A stretch of DNA of 64,000 bases, taken from assembly GCA_035530075.1 (NCBI GenBank), contig DATKVM010000002.1, positions 103,348 to 167,347 of the forward strand. The letters run 5' to 3'. Positions within the stretch are counted from its first letter, which is position 1; each line of letters opens with the position of its first letter. Of this stretch, positions 17,512 to 26,808 are shown piece after piece. The position numbers were made by a program, and so were the translations under genes. Source of the DNA: Patescibacteria group bacterium. GTDB taxonomy: Bacteria > Patescibacteriota > Microgenomatia > UM-FILTER-40-11. The notes under the pieces were generated by a model. That model saw nothing but the letters and a program-made list of their open reading frames with translations, did not search any database and was not told the origin of the DNA.

Positions 17512-18255
17512 TTAAGAAGTGGCGGCCACTACCAGCCAGCAACGATTGGCTTCGTCAGGCAAGAACACCTTGGTTATTTCCGCCTGGGGATCCCTCGTTC
17601 TTAACTCTCTTTCCTGCTTTCCCAAATCAGCCTCCACCACCGACCTTTCACCCGCGAAAAACCAAGCAATGCCCCCCCGATAGTCAGTGAAGGTAACCGT
17701 CGTTCCCGGAGCAATGGCAAAAATCCAAACCTCAGCGGTCCCTGCCCGATCGGTCCAGATTTGCCCTACCAGCCAGCAGTCTTCATCGGCATCACCTAAG
17801 GTAGTCTCTCCAAAAAGCTCGCCGCCGGGCTGGTTAGGGTTATGCCAAGCTACACCCCCCTTCTGGCACGTCTCTACTTCAACGGTTGGCTGACGAGGAA
17901 GAGGGGTCGTCGGGGGATTTGGCAACGGGGTGGGGGTAGCAAAAATAGAGGTCGGCGTGTTCGTGGCAGCGGGGCCACTGGTCACCCTGGTTGGTGGAAC
18001 TACCTGTGGCAAGAGTGTCGGAAAGGGAGTTGCCGTGATTACCCGTTCAACTACCCGGACGGGCCTTGGTCGCAAAGCAAAGTAAATCGCGAGTATCAAC
18101 AAGATTGCCGCAACCACGCTCAAGAGGATGGCGAGAAGGCGCAAGAAGCCCGCTCCCCATCGATCGTTATTTTTCGGCCGATTGCCTTTCGGCTCTCTCG
18201 GCGGATCGACTTCCGACCGCCCGGAGGTATTTCCTGCCGATCTCCCCTCTCCCAT
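17512..18255 (-). CDS. Pro-rich membrane-anchored protein with a Trp-rich C-terminal domain (paralog P3)
   Basis: TM helix, a PT-rich linker (TPTPLPNPPTTPLPRQPT), then WHNPNQPGGELFGETTLG...CWLVGQIWTD...IAWFFAGERSVV aligning with P1. GC-rich. Confidence 0.5.
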   Translation of the reverse strand: MGEGRSAGNTSGRSEVDPPREPKGNRPKNNDRWGAGFLRLLAILLSVVAAILLILAIYFALRPRPVRVVERVITATPFPTLLPQVVPPTRVTSGPAATNTPTSIFATPTPLPNPPTTPLPRQPTVEVETCQKGGVAWHNPNQPGGELFGETTLGDADEDCWLVGQIWTDRAGTAEVWIFAIAPGTTVTFTDYRGGIAWFFAGERSVVEADLGKQERELRTRDPQAEITKVFLPDEANRCWLVVAATS

Positions 18256-18458
18256 AGCTCACCTCACCTCTTCTGATGTGATATGCCTTTTTCAAAGAAC
18301 TCTTTGATAATTCCACCTCTAGGCGCTTTTACCCGGATGAAAGTACCAAAGTCTCTTAAGTCTTAGGCTAAGCAATCGGAGTCAACCGTAAATACGAATG
18401 GCGTAAGGAGAGCGTAAGCATCAGGTAAAAATGTGTTACAATTAAGAGGCAGCAGTCT

Positions 18459-20612
18459 ATGATTAAAGAAGACTTACCTTTTTCCCTCATTGAAATCCGA
18501 TTACCAAAAAACAGTGAGAAAACGCCCGAAGCCGCTCTTCAGCTGTTCGCTTCTTTCTCTTCTCTTCCCCGAAAACCGCTCTTCTCCCTTAAACCGCCAG
18601 TCAGTATCGGTTTTGAGATTGTTTCCATCGATCAGCTAATTCATTTCTTAATTGCTTGCCCGAAAGAGTGGCAAAATTATGTGGAAAGCCAAGTTTCCGC
18701 TCAATACCCGGAAAGCGTAATGACTCTCTTGCCCAAAGACTACTTGGCCGGTTATCTTCCTAATTTTACCCCCTCGGTCGGGCAACTAGTCCTTTCTTCC
18801 CCTTTTTATCTTCCCTTACGAACTTTTCGCGACTTAAAAGAAACTGATTTGCTTTCTTCCGTTTTAGGAGCAATGTCTAAATCTTCCCCCAACGATTTTA
18901 TAGTTTACCAAATATTAATCGCTCAAGCGGGTAATTGGCAGGGCTTTGCCCAAGGACTTATTAATAAAGGCATTCCCTCCGGCGAAGAAGGCAAAGTTCT
19001 TCCCCACCCCCAAGCTAAAAATATCACTTTAAAAATTGGCAGTAGCGGTTTCTGGACGGCAATTCGTCTAATTACTAACTCTGCTACTTCCCTTCGGACT
19101 TTGGCTAATACCTTTTCCAGTTATCAGGGTGAGGTTAATTCCTTAAGATTTAAAGAGCCCTACTCTTTTCAGCGGAAAAAATTAATCGATGCCTGCCTTA
19201 AGCGTTCTTTCGAGCTGGCACCAGCTAATCAAGTCCTTAATTTAGAAGAATTAGCTTCTTTATGGCATCCACCCGGGAAAATACTTTCCGGAATAAAGAA
19301 TATTGCTTGGACTCAAGAAGCAATGTCCGAACCCCCCCTTAATTTACCGGTAGCGGCCGATATCGATGAAGCGGATAAAAAAGAAATTAATTTTTTCGCC
19401 CGGGCCGAATTTAAAAACCGAATTGCCACTTTCGGGATAAAGAAAAAAGACCGGCGACGGCACATCTATATTATCGGCAAAAGCGGCACCGGCAAATCAA
19501 CTTTAATCGCTAATATGGCCATTAATGATTTGCGCAATAAAGAGGGCTTGGCGGTGATTGACCCTCATGGAGATTTAACGGAAATCCTTTTGGACTACAT
19601 CCCCTCTTTCCGCATTAACGAAACTTGCTTTCTTGATCCCAGTGATACGGAATATCCTTTCCACTTAAATCCGTTGGAAATTAAGAATCCCGCTCACAAA
19701 GAATTAGTCGCTTCGAATATAGTCGCGATCTTTTACAAGCTCTATTACTATTCTTGGGGGCCACGGCTGGAATACATTCTGCGCAACACGATTCTTACTT
19801 TACTGGAAACTCCCCAACCAACTTTAGTTCAAGTAATCGACCTTTTGGCCAATAAAAACTTCCGACGGCAGACAGTAGAAAAATTGGAAAATCCGGTTTT
19901 GAAAAATTTTTGGCTGAATGAATTTGAAAAGATGGACGAGAGGACCAAAGCGGAAGCTATTTCGCCCATTCTCAATAAAGTCGGCCAATTTACTTCTTCC
20001 CCGACGATTCGCCAGATTATTGGCTCCTATCATTCAACCGTTGATTTGGAAAAGATTATGAACGAAGGCAAGGTGCTTCTGGTCAACCTCTCTCAAGGAA
20101 AAATCGGTGAAGATAACGCCGCCTTACTGGGAGCAATGATTATTACTCAGCTTCAATTGGCGGCAATGAATCGTATCCGCATGCCTGAAGAAGAAAGGCG
20201 CGACTTTTATCTTTATGTCGATGAATTTCAGAATTTTGCCACCAGCGCATTTACTAAAATCCTTTCTGAGGCGCGCAAATATCGGCTCGATCTTTGCCTA
20301 GCCAACCAGTACATCGGCCAGCTAGGCGAAGAGTTACAAAAAGCAATTTTCGGCAACGCAGGAACGCTCGTTTCTTTTGTTATTGGCGCTCAGGACGCTA
20401 AACTCTTGACCGGAGAAATGGGCCAGGTTTATAAAGAAGAAGACCTGGTTTCCTTAGGGATGTACCAAGTCGCCTTGAAGCTTTGCATTGACAATTTAAC
20501 TTCGACTCCATTTTTAGCCAGCACTTTACCACTTCCCCGTTGCCGTAATCAAAACCGAGAGAAAGCGCTCCGAGTTTCTAAAGAGAAGCACACCGTTAAA
20601 AAGAAGGGTTAA
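18459..20612 (+). CDS. VirD4/TraD/TrwB-like (type IV coupling protein family) P-loop ATPase with an uncharacterised ~330-aa N-terminal domain
   Basis: Walker A IIGKSGTGKST is followed by AVIDPHGDL, as in TrwB (GTTGSGKS...VIVDPNGD). Walker B is YLYVDEFQNF. A conserved LANQYIGQL Gln block and GNAGTLVSF match TrwB/TraD. No N-terminal TM helices are evident. Confidence 0.6.
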   Translation: MIKEDLPFSLIEIRLPKNSEKTPEAALQLFASFSSLPRKPLFSLKPPVSIGFEIVSIDQLIHFLIACPKEWQNYVESQVSAQYPESVMTLLPKDYLAGYLPNFTPSVGQLVLSSPFYLPLRTFRDLKETDLLSSVLGAMSKSSPNDFIVYQILIAQAGNWQGFAQGLINKGIPSGEEGKVLPHPQAKNITLKIGSSGFWTAIRLITNSATSLRTLANTFSSYQGEVNSLRFKEPYSFQRKKLIDACLKRSFELAPANQVLNLEELASLWHPPGKILSGIKNIAWTQEAMSEPPLNLPVAADIDEADKKEINFFARAEFKNRIATFGIKKKDRRRHIYIIGKSGTGKSTLIANMAINDLRNKEGLAVIDPHGDLTEILLDYIPSFRINETCFLDPSDTEYPFHLNPLEIKNPAHKELVASNIVAIFYKLYYYSWGPRLEYILRNTILTLLETPQPTLVQVIDLLANKNFRRQTVEKLENPVLKNFWLNEFEKMDERTKAEAISPILNKVGQFTSSPTIRQIIGSYHSTVDLEKIMNEGKVLLVNLSQGKIGEDNAALLGAMIITQLQLAAMNRIRMPEEERRDFYLYVDEFQNFATSAFTKILSEARKYRLDLCLANQYIGQLGEELQKAIFGNAGTLVSFVIGAQDAKLLTGEMGQVYKEEDLVSLGMYQVALKLCIDNLTSTPFLASTLPLPRCRNQNREKALRVSKEKHTVKKKG

Positions 20613-20624
20613 GTTAATCCTCAC

Positions 20625-21182
20625 TTAAACCGCCGTTATTTCCTGCTCTTTTTTCTCCCCTAGTTCCTCGACTCTAGCGGTAAATTCATCAGTAAGTTTT
20701 TGTAAGTCTTCTCCCGCCTTAAAACGCTCATCTTCGGAAATTTCTTTCTCTTCAAAAGCCTCTTTGATATCTCTCATTTTATCTTGGCGGACATTACGAA
20801 TGGCAATTCTTGCCTCCTCCATTTTCTGGTGCAAGAGTTTGACATATTCTTGCCGTCTTTCCATCGTTAGTGCCGGCACAGAGACGCGGATGAGATTATT
20901 ATCAATCGTCGGCGTCAGACCAATATTGGCCGCCAATATCCCCTGACGAATCTCACCAATGACTGACTGGTCCCAAGACTGAATCACTAAAGTTTGCGAA
21001 TCTTGAGTTGTAATCGTTCCCAGTTCCTTAATTGTCATCCGCGCGCTCCCGCCGTAGGCGTTAACCGGGATATTTTCAACTAAAGCCGGGACGGCTCGCC
21101 CGGTTCGAATAGCGGCAATTTCTCCTTTGAAGTGGTCAACGGACCGCTGCATATTGGTCCGCGTTTCGGTGAAGTCCATCAT
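20625..21182 (-). CDS. frr: Ribosome recycling factor
   Basis: 185 aa of full-length RRF-typical sequence (MQRSVDHFKGEIAAIRTGRA...LTMERRQEYVKL...). Confidence 0.9.
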   Translation of the reverse strand: MMDFTETRTNMQRSVDHFKGEIAAIRTGRAVPALVENIPVNAYGGSARMTIKELGTITTQDSQTLVIQSWDQSVIGEIRQGILAANIGLTPTIDNNLIRVSVPALTMERRQEYVKLLHQKMEEARIAIRNVRQDKMRDIKEAFEEKEISEDERFKAGEDLQKLTDEFTARVEELGEKKEQEITAV

Positions 21183-21194
21183 AACTTAATTATA

Positions 21195-21677
21195 TCACTC
21201 GCCCAGTTCAAAGCGAGCAATCCGGCCGATATGAATATTTTCTCGAATCTTAGCCACCAAACCGTTAATTAAATCAGCCGCCACGATATTCGGCTCGCGG
21301 ATGTAGGCCTGCTTCAGAAGCTCTTCCACCGATTGAGGTTTCATCGCCGCCACTTGCATCGCCAATTCGTGAGCCACCGCCCGGAATTCTTCGTTACGGG
21401 CAACAAAATCGGTCTCACACAAAAGCTCGACAACGCTCACTACCCGGCCATTGCTATGAGAATAACATTCAATTACTCCCTGCGTGGTGGCCCTTTCCTT
21501 TTTCTCTTCAGCTACCTTCAGACCTTTTTCCTTAATAATCTCCAGGGCTTTTGCCTCAGCTTCTTTCTGGCTCGCCGGAGCTTCAGCATAAGCAGCTTCC
21601 AGGGCTTGACGGCATTCCATTACCCCCGCTCCACATTTTTCCCTTAACTTTTTAACCTGTTCGGTGGTAATCTTCAT
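21195..21677 (-). CDS. tsf: Elongation factor Ts (short form)
   Basis: N-terminal UBA-like VKKLREKCGAGVMECRQAL. At 160 aa it is of the short EF-Ts type. Confidence 0.85.
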   Translation of the reverse strand: MKITTEQVKKLREKCGAGVMECRQALEAAYAEAPASQKEAEAKALEIIKEKGLKVAEEKKERATTQGVIECYSHSNGRVVSVVELLCETDFVARNEEFRAVAHELAMQVAAMKPQSVEELLKQAYIREPNIVAADLINGLVAKIRENIHIGRIARFELGE

Positions 21678-22474
21678 TTGGCTTTGCCCTCCGTTGCTTT
21701 TTTACCCGTCGTAGCTTTAGTAGAGGCGGGAGCGGAGGAGGACCTTTCTTCCTTCCCTTCCTCAACTTTTAACTTTAAACTTTTAACTTTTAACTGCTTC
21801 TGTCCTTCCTCTATCGCTGATCTTATCGCCCCAACAATTAATTGTAAACACTTAGAGGCATCATCATTGGCGGGAATAATAAAGTCAACATCTTCCGGAT
21901 TGGCATTCGTATCGACAATGGCGACTGTCTTTACCCCTCGGATTCGGGCTTCTTTCAAAGCGCCGGCGTCCTTTCGGGCATCCGTCACAAAAATGGCCGC
22001 CGGGATTTCCCTCATTTCGGCCACGCCGCCAAAAATTCGCTCCATCTTGTTAATCTCCCGCTTAATTAAAAGATTCTCTTTTTTAGTCCGATCCTTAAAG
22101 CGCCCCTCGGCGACACCCACCTTTAGGTCAGCCAAATACTCCAGCCTCTTTTTAATCATCCCCCAATTGGTCAAAAGCCCCCCAACCCAACGCTCGATAA
22201 TATGAGGCGCTCCCACTTTCTTCGCCTCCTCTTCCACAATCTCCTGCGCCTGGCGCTTGGTCCCGACAAAAAGAATTTGGCCGCCCTGGCTGGCGGTAGC
22301 TTTAACGAAGGCAACGGCAGCCTCCAGACCTTCCTTAGTCTTGACCAAATCAAAAATATGAATCCGCCCCCGAGCCGTAAAAATATACGGCTTCATCTTC
22401 GGGTTCCAACGAGTCGTTTGGTGACCAAAATGGCACCCAGCCTCCAGTAATTCCTTTAAGGATATATCTTTCAT
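21674..22474 (-). CDS. rpsB: 30S ribosomal protein S2
   Basis: LLEAGCHFGHQTTRWNPKMKPYIF...HIFDL and the rest of the bS2 fold, with a Lys/Glu-rich C-terminal tail. Confidence 0.9.
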   Translation of the reverse strand: MKDISLKELLEAGCHFGHQTTRWNPKMKPYIFTARGRIHIFDLVKTKEGLEAAVAFVKATASQGGQILFVGTKRQAQEIVEEEAKKVGAPHIIERWVGGLLTNWGMIKKRLEYLADLKVGVAEGRFKDRTKKENLLIKREINKMERIFGGVAEMREIPAAIFVTDARKDAGALKEARIRGVKTVAIVDTNANPEDVDFIIPANDDASKCLQLIVGAIRSAIEEGQKQLKVKSLKLKVEEGKEERSSSAPASTKATTGKKATEGKAK

Positions 22475-22568
22475 AAAGATAAGACTCCTTTTTCCGCCAC
22501 TTGGCTGAAGTTCTCAGGAGTCAGGCCAAGTGTGTGTAATTTTTTAACTGTCTTAGTGTATCAGAATC

Positions 22569-23150
22569 CTAAGTTTTCTTCAAATCCTGACTAGCCTCAC
22601 CACTCCAAAACAGAATATCTTCATCAGTGTGATATTGACCCTCAAATCTCCGAAAAGGCCCAGTTCCTCTTGGGAAACGACCGACACACTGATCAGTGGT
22701 TAACAAAATAAACCCATCAGGCTTAATAATTTCAAACATTTCGTCCAGCTCTATTAAACTATTTACTACATAATATGGAAGTCCCACCGAAACGATGGCA
22801 TCAAACTTTTCTTTTCCTTCTTTAGCCATTGATCTTATTACCTCCACAGCTTCCCCTCTGATAACCTCCCCATAAAGATTCAAAAAATTTTCCCCCCCAT
22901 AGTCAGTCCTCACGTCAACTCCAGTAAGGATTATTGAGGGATTAACTCTCTTCAAAACCGCACCAACCGCACCCCTTCCACAACCAAGATCCAAAATTTC
23001 TCCTTTTATTCTCTCCCTATCAATTAAAAATCCTTCTGGTTTCAGAATATCTAATCCGAAGACAATTCGTCTTAAAGCTTCTTCCCTCTCTCCAGCAGGG
23101 ACATTATCATAAGCCGGAAATTTATATTCAGCAACGTCAAAATTGGCCAT
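22569..23150 (-). CDS. Class I SAM-dependent methyltransferase
   Basis: Motif I ILDLGCGRGAVG, motif II D at VDV, post-I acidic residue. 193 aa. Confidence 0.6.
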   Translation of the reverse strand: MANFDVAEYKFPAYDNVPAGEREEALRRIVFGLDILKPEGFLIDRERIKGEILDLGCGRGAVGAVLKRVNPSIILTGVDVRTDYGGENFLNLYGEVIRGEAVEVIRSMAKEGKEKFDAIVSVGLPYYVVNSLIELDEMFEIIKPDGFILLTTDQCVGRFPRGTGPFRRFEGQYHTDEDILFWSGEASQDLKKT

Positions 23151-23266
23151 CTTAGTATTCCCAGCTTAATATAATCTTCAAAAAACTTCAAATCACTTTG
23201 GAGCCATCCCCTTTTATTCTCTCTCTTGTTATCCTAATGTATTTTTGATTACAATATTCTTAGTAT

Positions 23267-23704
23267 ATGAGCCCAGAAAAATTAAAAGCCTTGGTGGTAG
23301 CTGATAATGAAAGCCATCGGGATTTGATAACTGCCATCTTAAAAGAGGAGTGTGGCATCCAAACCGTTCCTCTTCCTTCAATTCCAGGAGCAGGCAGACC
23401 GGATTTAGCCGTTTTAGGGCCATTTCGTATAACCAACCCTGAGGGAGTGAGGGAACTGGAAACCACAGTTAATAAAATCCGCCAAGCGTGGGAGGGGATA
23501 ACCATCCCCATCCTCCTCCTCTACCAAGATAGCCAGAACTTGGAAGCAGCTGCTCAAGCCGTGGGGGCGACCGAGTCCTTGCAGTGGAATGGCAACCCCG
23601 ACTCCTTGCAGGAGAAAGTTTTTACGCTTCTTGAATCAACTCAAACAAATTCTCAAATAGACAAGCCACCGTTACCGGTCCTACCCCACCCGGAACCGGA
23701 GTAA
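23267..23704 (+). CDS. Hypothetical protein with a degenerate CheY-like receiver fold (pseudo-receiver)
   Basis: KALVVADNE...PDLAVLGP...TIPILLL follows a receiver beta1/beta3/beta4 pattern, but the phospho-accepting Asp position is Gly. The gene overlaps the folD 3' end by about 80 nt, so its coding status is uncertain. Confidence 0.3.
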   Translation: MSPEKLKALVVADNESHRDLITAILKEECGIQTVPLPSIPGAGRPDLAVLGPFRITNPEGVRELETTVNKIRQAWEGITIPILLLYQDSQNLEAAAQAVGATESLQWNGNPDSLQEKVFTLLESTQTNSQIDKPPLPVLPHPEPE

Positions 23705-24488
23705 AGAAAGAAGCTTTCTCTAAAGCCTCTTTCCCCACATCACCCAAAACTCGGAATTTACCGCCTCGCAAAAGCTTAGAGATACCCACATCAATGACCA
23801 CCGCTCCCGGCCTGACCATCTCTTTCGTTACCAGCTCACTTACTCCGGTGGCGGAAATCAAAATGTTGGCCCGGCGCGTTATTTCTCCCAAATTGCCGGT
23901 GTGCGAGCGGCAAATAGTGACCGTGGCTCCCAAATCGGAAAGCACCACCGCCAAAGGTTTCCCGACAATAACCGACGCTCCGACAATAACAATATTCTCC
24001 CCCGCTAGCCATTTTTCCCCCTCAATTTCCCGGCTTCCCTCAAATTGCCCCAATCCCTCCCGGATAACCTCCAAAACTGCTTTCACCGTGGCCGGTAAAA
24101 GTCGGGGGTGACCGCTTAAAACGAGACCCAAATTAGTCGGGGTAAGGCAATCAACGTCCTTTTCCGGACTAATCGCCGCTAAAAGCGCTTCCTCGTTGAC
24201 TACCGGCAGTTGAACCATCACGCCGTGAACCGAAGGATCATTATTGGCCTCTCGAATATCGTTGATTATTTCCAGGGTCTGAGCCCCGTCGAAATGATGA
24301 ATCTCGTAGGTTACCCCAATCTTTTGGGCAAACTTAGCTTTGAGGGAAACATAAAGTTCAGTTTCTTTACTGTTGTCCGCCAAAATGGAGACTAACTTAG
24401 GAGTAATTCCTCGCTTCCTTAATTGCTCAACCCGCTCTTTTAAGTCCGCTTCCTTTCGACTGGCAAAGGCTTTTCCATCAAAAATCAT
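23622..24488 (-). CDS. folD: Bifunctional methylene-THF dehydrogenase / methenyl-THF cyclohydrolase
   Basis: Full-length FolD: catalytic Lys region (YVSLKAKFAQK), NAD(P) fold GENIVIVGASVIVGKPLA and PGGVGPVT at the C-terminus. Confidence 0.85.
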   Translation of the reverse strand: MIFDGKAFASRKEADLKERVEQLRKRGITPKLVSILADNSKETELYVSLKAKFAQKIGVTYEIHHFDGAQTLEIINDIREANNDPSVHGVMVQLPVVNEEALLAAISPEKDVDCLTPTNLGLVLSGHPRLLPATVKAVLEVIREGLGQFEGSREIEGEKWLAGENIVIVGASVIVGKPLAVVLSDLGATVTICRSHTGNLGEITRRANILISATGVSELVTKEMVRPGAVVIDVGISKLLRGGKFRVLGDVGKEALEKASFFTPVPGGVGPVTVACLFENLFELIQEA

Positions 24489-24768
24489 TATCCTTATAAT
24501 ACTACAAAATTCACTTTCGGGGAGAAAAGAAGTAAAATCAAGTAATTATGGCAAGAATAGAAATAAACTTTTCTGGCTTAAAGCCTAACGAAAAGATCCT
24601 TAATTGTCTCGAGTGTGAACAGCCCATCGAAGTTGTTCGGGTGGTCGGAGACCCCAATGACCCTAAAGACCACGTATTAGCCCTAGTAAGATCTCTGCGT
24701 GTAGAGGCAGGCCAATCTCCCGCTTGTCCTGCGAGAACGAATGGGCAACGTCATAGGACTGCTCGCCT

Positions 24769-26082
24769 TTAAGGAATCGGAAACTGCTGACAAAACGATT
24801 TGACTTCCCGCCCTATTTCTTGCAGCTTTTCTTCTTGAAGAACCACCTTTTTAAATCTCGCTCGGGCTTTCTGGTCTTCTTCTTTATTGGTCTCACCAAT
24901 CCCTGTCAAATCCATTTTTCGCAAATACTCAATTACCTGGTTAAACCACTTGCCAACTTTAATCATTTCTGCCTCTTTCATTCCTCTAGTAGTAACCGCT
25001 GGCGTCCCCAAGCGTAAGCCCGAAGGGTAATAAGGTGGCCGAAGATCTCCTGGAATAGTTTGTCGATTACATATAATTCCGGCTGCCTCGCTGCCCCAAG
25101 CCGCTGTCCAACCGTCAAGCCCCTTATTTCTCAAATCTATCCAAATCATATGGTTTTCACTCCCACCCCCTACCAGGTTAAAGCCATATTTGATTAGTTC
25201 CTGGGCTAAGACTCGTGAATTTTTAACTACTTGCTCCGCATATTGTCGAAAGGGCTTGCCCTGGGAGAAACGAAGAGCCACTGCTAATGCCCCAATTTGA
25301 TTCATATGCGGTCCACCTTGTGAGCCAGGAAAAACTGCTTTATCAATTTTTTCTGCCAATTGAGGATCTTTAGACAGACCTTTCTGGGTAACCATAATCA
25401 TCGCCCCCCTTGGCCCGCGCAAAGTTTTGTGAGTCGTCGTCATAATCAGATGGGCATCATCTTTAGGTGAAGGATGAGCTCCTCCAGCTACTAAACCGCC
25501 AATATGGGAGATATCGGCCACGAAAAAGGCTCCTACTTTTTCAGCAATTTCGGCGAAACGGTGGAAGTCAAAGATTTTAGTGTAAGCGGTGCCACCGCAA
25601 AAAATAACTTTCGGCCGCAGCTTCCAAGCCTGCTCTTCCAGTTCATCCCAATCTATCTCTCCTTCTTTAGTCAAACCATAATAATGAGCCTGGTAATATT
25701 TTGAGGTAACGGAAGCCTCCTGCCCCATCGATAAATGTCCACCCATAGAAAGGCGCTGGGATAAAATTATGTCTCCTACCTGACAAGTGGCTGCCAGGAT
25801 GGCCAAATTGGCCGGTGAGCCGGAATAGGGCTGAACATTGACATGCGGAACATTGAACAATTTCCTTGCTCTATCAATAGCCAAGTTTTCAATTTGATCA
25901 ACAATTGTATTCCCCTGGTAATAGCGCTTACCTGGATAGCCTTCGGCATATTTATGCATTAAAACCGACCCCACTGCCTGCCTAACTTCCGGATAGGTAT
26001 AGTTTTCCGACGGGATAAGCGTTAGAGTTTGCTCTTGGCGCTTTTCCTCTTGGGCAATGAGGTTAAAAATTGGGTCAGTCAT
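24769..26082 (-). CDS. glyA: Serine hydroxymethyltransferase
   Basis: LIPSENYTYPEVRQAVGS, a PLP-lysine region (TTTHKTLRGPRG) and about 60 aa of extra C-terminal tail. Confidence 0.9.
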   Translation of the reverse strand: MTDPIFNLIAQEEKRQEQTLTLIPSENYTYPEVRQAVGSVLMHKYAEGYPGKRYYQGNTIVDQIENLAIDRARKLFNVPHVNVQPYSGSPANLAILAATCQVGDIILSQRLSMGGHLSMGQEASVTSKYYQAHYYGLTKEGEIDWDELEEQAWKLRPKVIFCGGTAYTKIFDFHRFAEIAEKVGAFFVADISHIGGLVAGGAHPSPKDDAHLIMTTTHKTLRGPRGAMIMVTQKGLSKDPQLAEKIDKAVFPGSQGGPHMNQIGALAVALRFSQGKPFRQYAEQVVKNSRVLAQELIKYGFNLVGGGSENHMIWIDLRNKGLDGWTAAWGSEAAGIICNRQTIPGDLRPPYYPSGLRLGTPAVTTRGMKEAEMIKVGKWFNQVIEYLRKMDLTGIGETNKEEDQKARARFKKVVLQEEKLQEIGREVKSFCQQFPIP

Positions 26083-26091
26083 GCTTTCATT

Positions 26092-26808
26092 CTACCATTT
26101 CTGGTTAGAAACAGGTTTCTCTATAGAGGCAATAGCTTTTTTCTCAATAATTTTCGCAATTTTTTCTAGCGGTAATGAGCCGTCAATTTTTTCGAAACCT
26201 CTACCGATCATTTTTGAAATAAAAAGATATCCTTTCCTAACTCTGTGAAAATATTCTAAATCTTGATAATCGTGGACACAATCGCGTTTCTTCCGTTTAG
26301 ACTTTCTTTCTCGCCCGACTTCAGGGGCAACATCAAGATAAAAAACCACGTCGGGGCAAACTCCCGCCACGGCAATTTGGTTTATTCTCCAAATGTCTTT
26401 CCACCCGAGACCACGAGCAAATCCTTGATAGGCTAAACTAGAAAAGAATGAACGTTCAGAAACAACAATTGCTCCTCTTTCTAAAGCCGGACGGAGTACG
26501 ACGGCAATGGCCTGACAACGGGAAGCGGCCAAAAGAAAAGCTTCAGAGTAAGGAACCAACCCCTCTCCTGACCGTGAGTGACTAATAATCACATCTCTCA
26601 CCTGTTCGCTTTTTTCGGTTCCGCCTGGTTCGTGCGTGTAAACTATTTCTCTGTCCGGATACCTCTCTTTAAGGAATTCATGAAGTAACTTTGCCTGTAT
26701 GCTTTTACCACATCCACCGATTCCTTCAAATACGAAGTATTTACCAGGTAATCTGTGCCCTAATAATTTATACATTTTTTTAGGCATTTCATCTCTTGAA
26801 AAAATCAA
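26092..26808 (-). CDS. tmk: Thymidylate kinase
   Basis: P-loop FVFEGIGGCGKSIQAKLL, DRY-like region and lid. 238 aa. Confidence 0.8.
   Translation of the reverse strand: MIFSRDEMPKKMYKLLGHRLPGKYFVFEGIGGCGKSIQAKLLHEFLKERYPDREIVYTHEPGGTEKSEQVRDVIISHSRSGEGLVPYSEAFLLAASRCQAIAVVLRPALERGAIVVSERSFFSSLAYQGFARGLGWKDIWRINQIAVAGVCPDVVFYLDVAPEVGRERKSKRKKRDCVHDYQDLEYFHRVRKGYLFISKMIGRGFEKIDGSLPLEKIAKIIEKKAIASIEKPVSNQKW

Noticed and set aside
21678-22205. 175-aa plus-strand ORF antisense to rpsB
   Set aside because: Entirely within the highly conserved S2 gene on the other strand and lacks any motif. An antisense artefact of biased codon composition.
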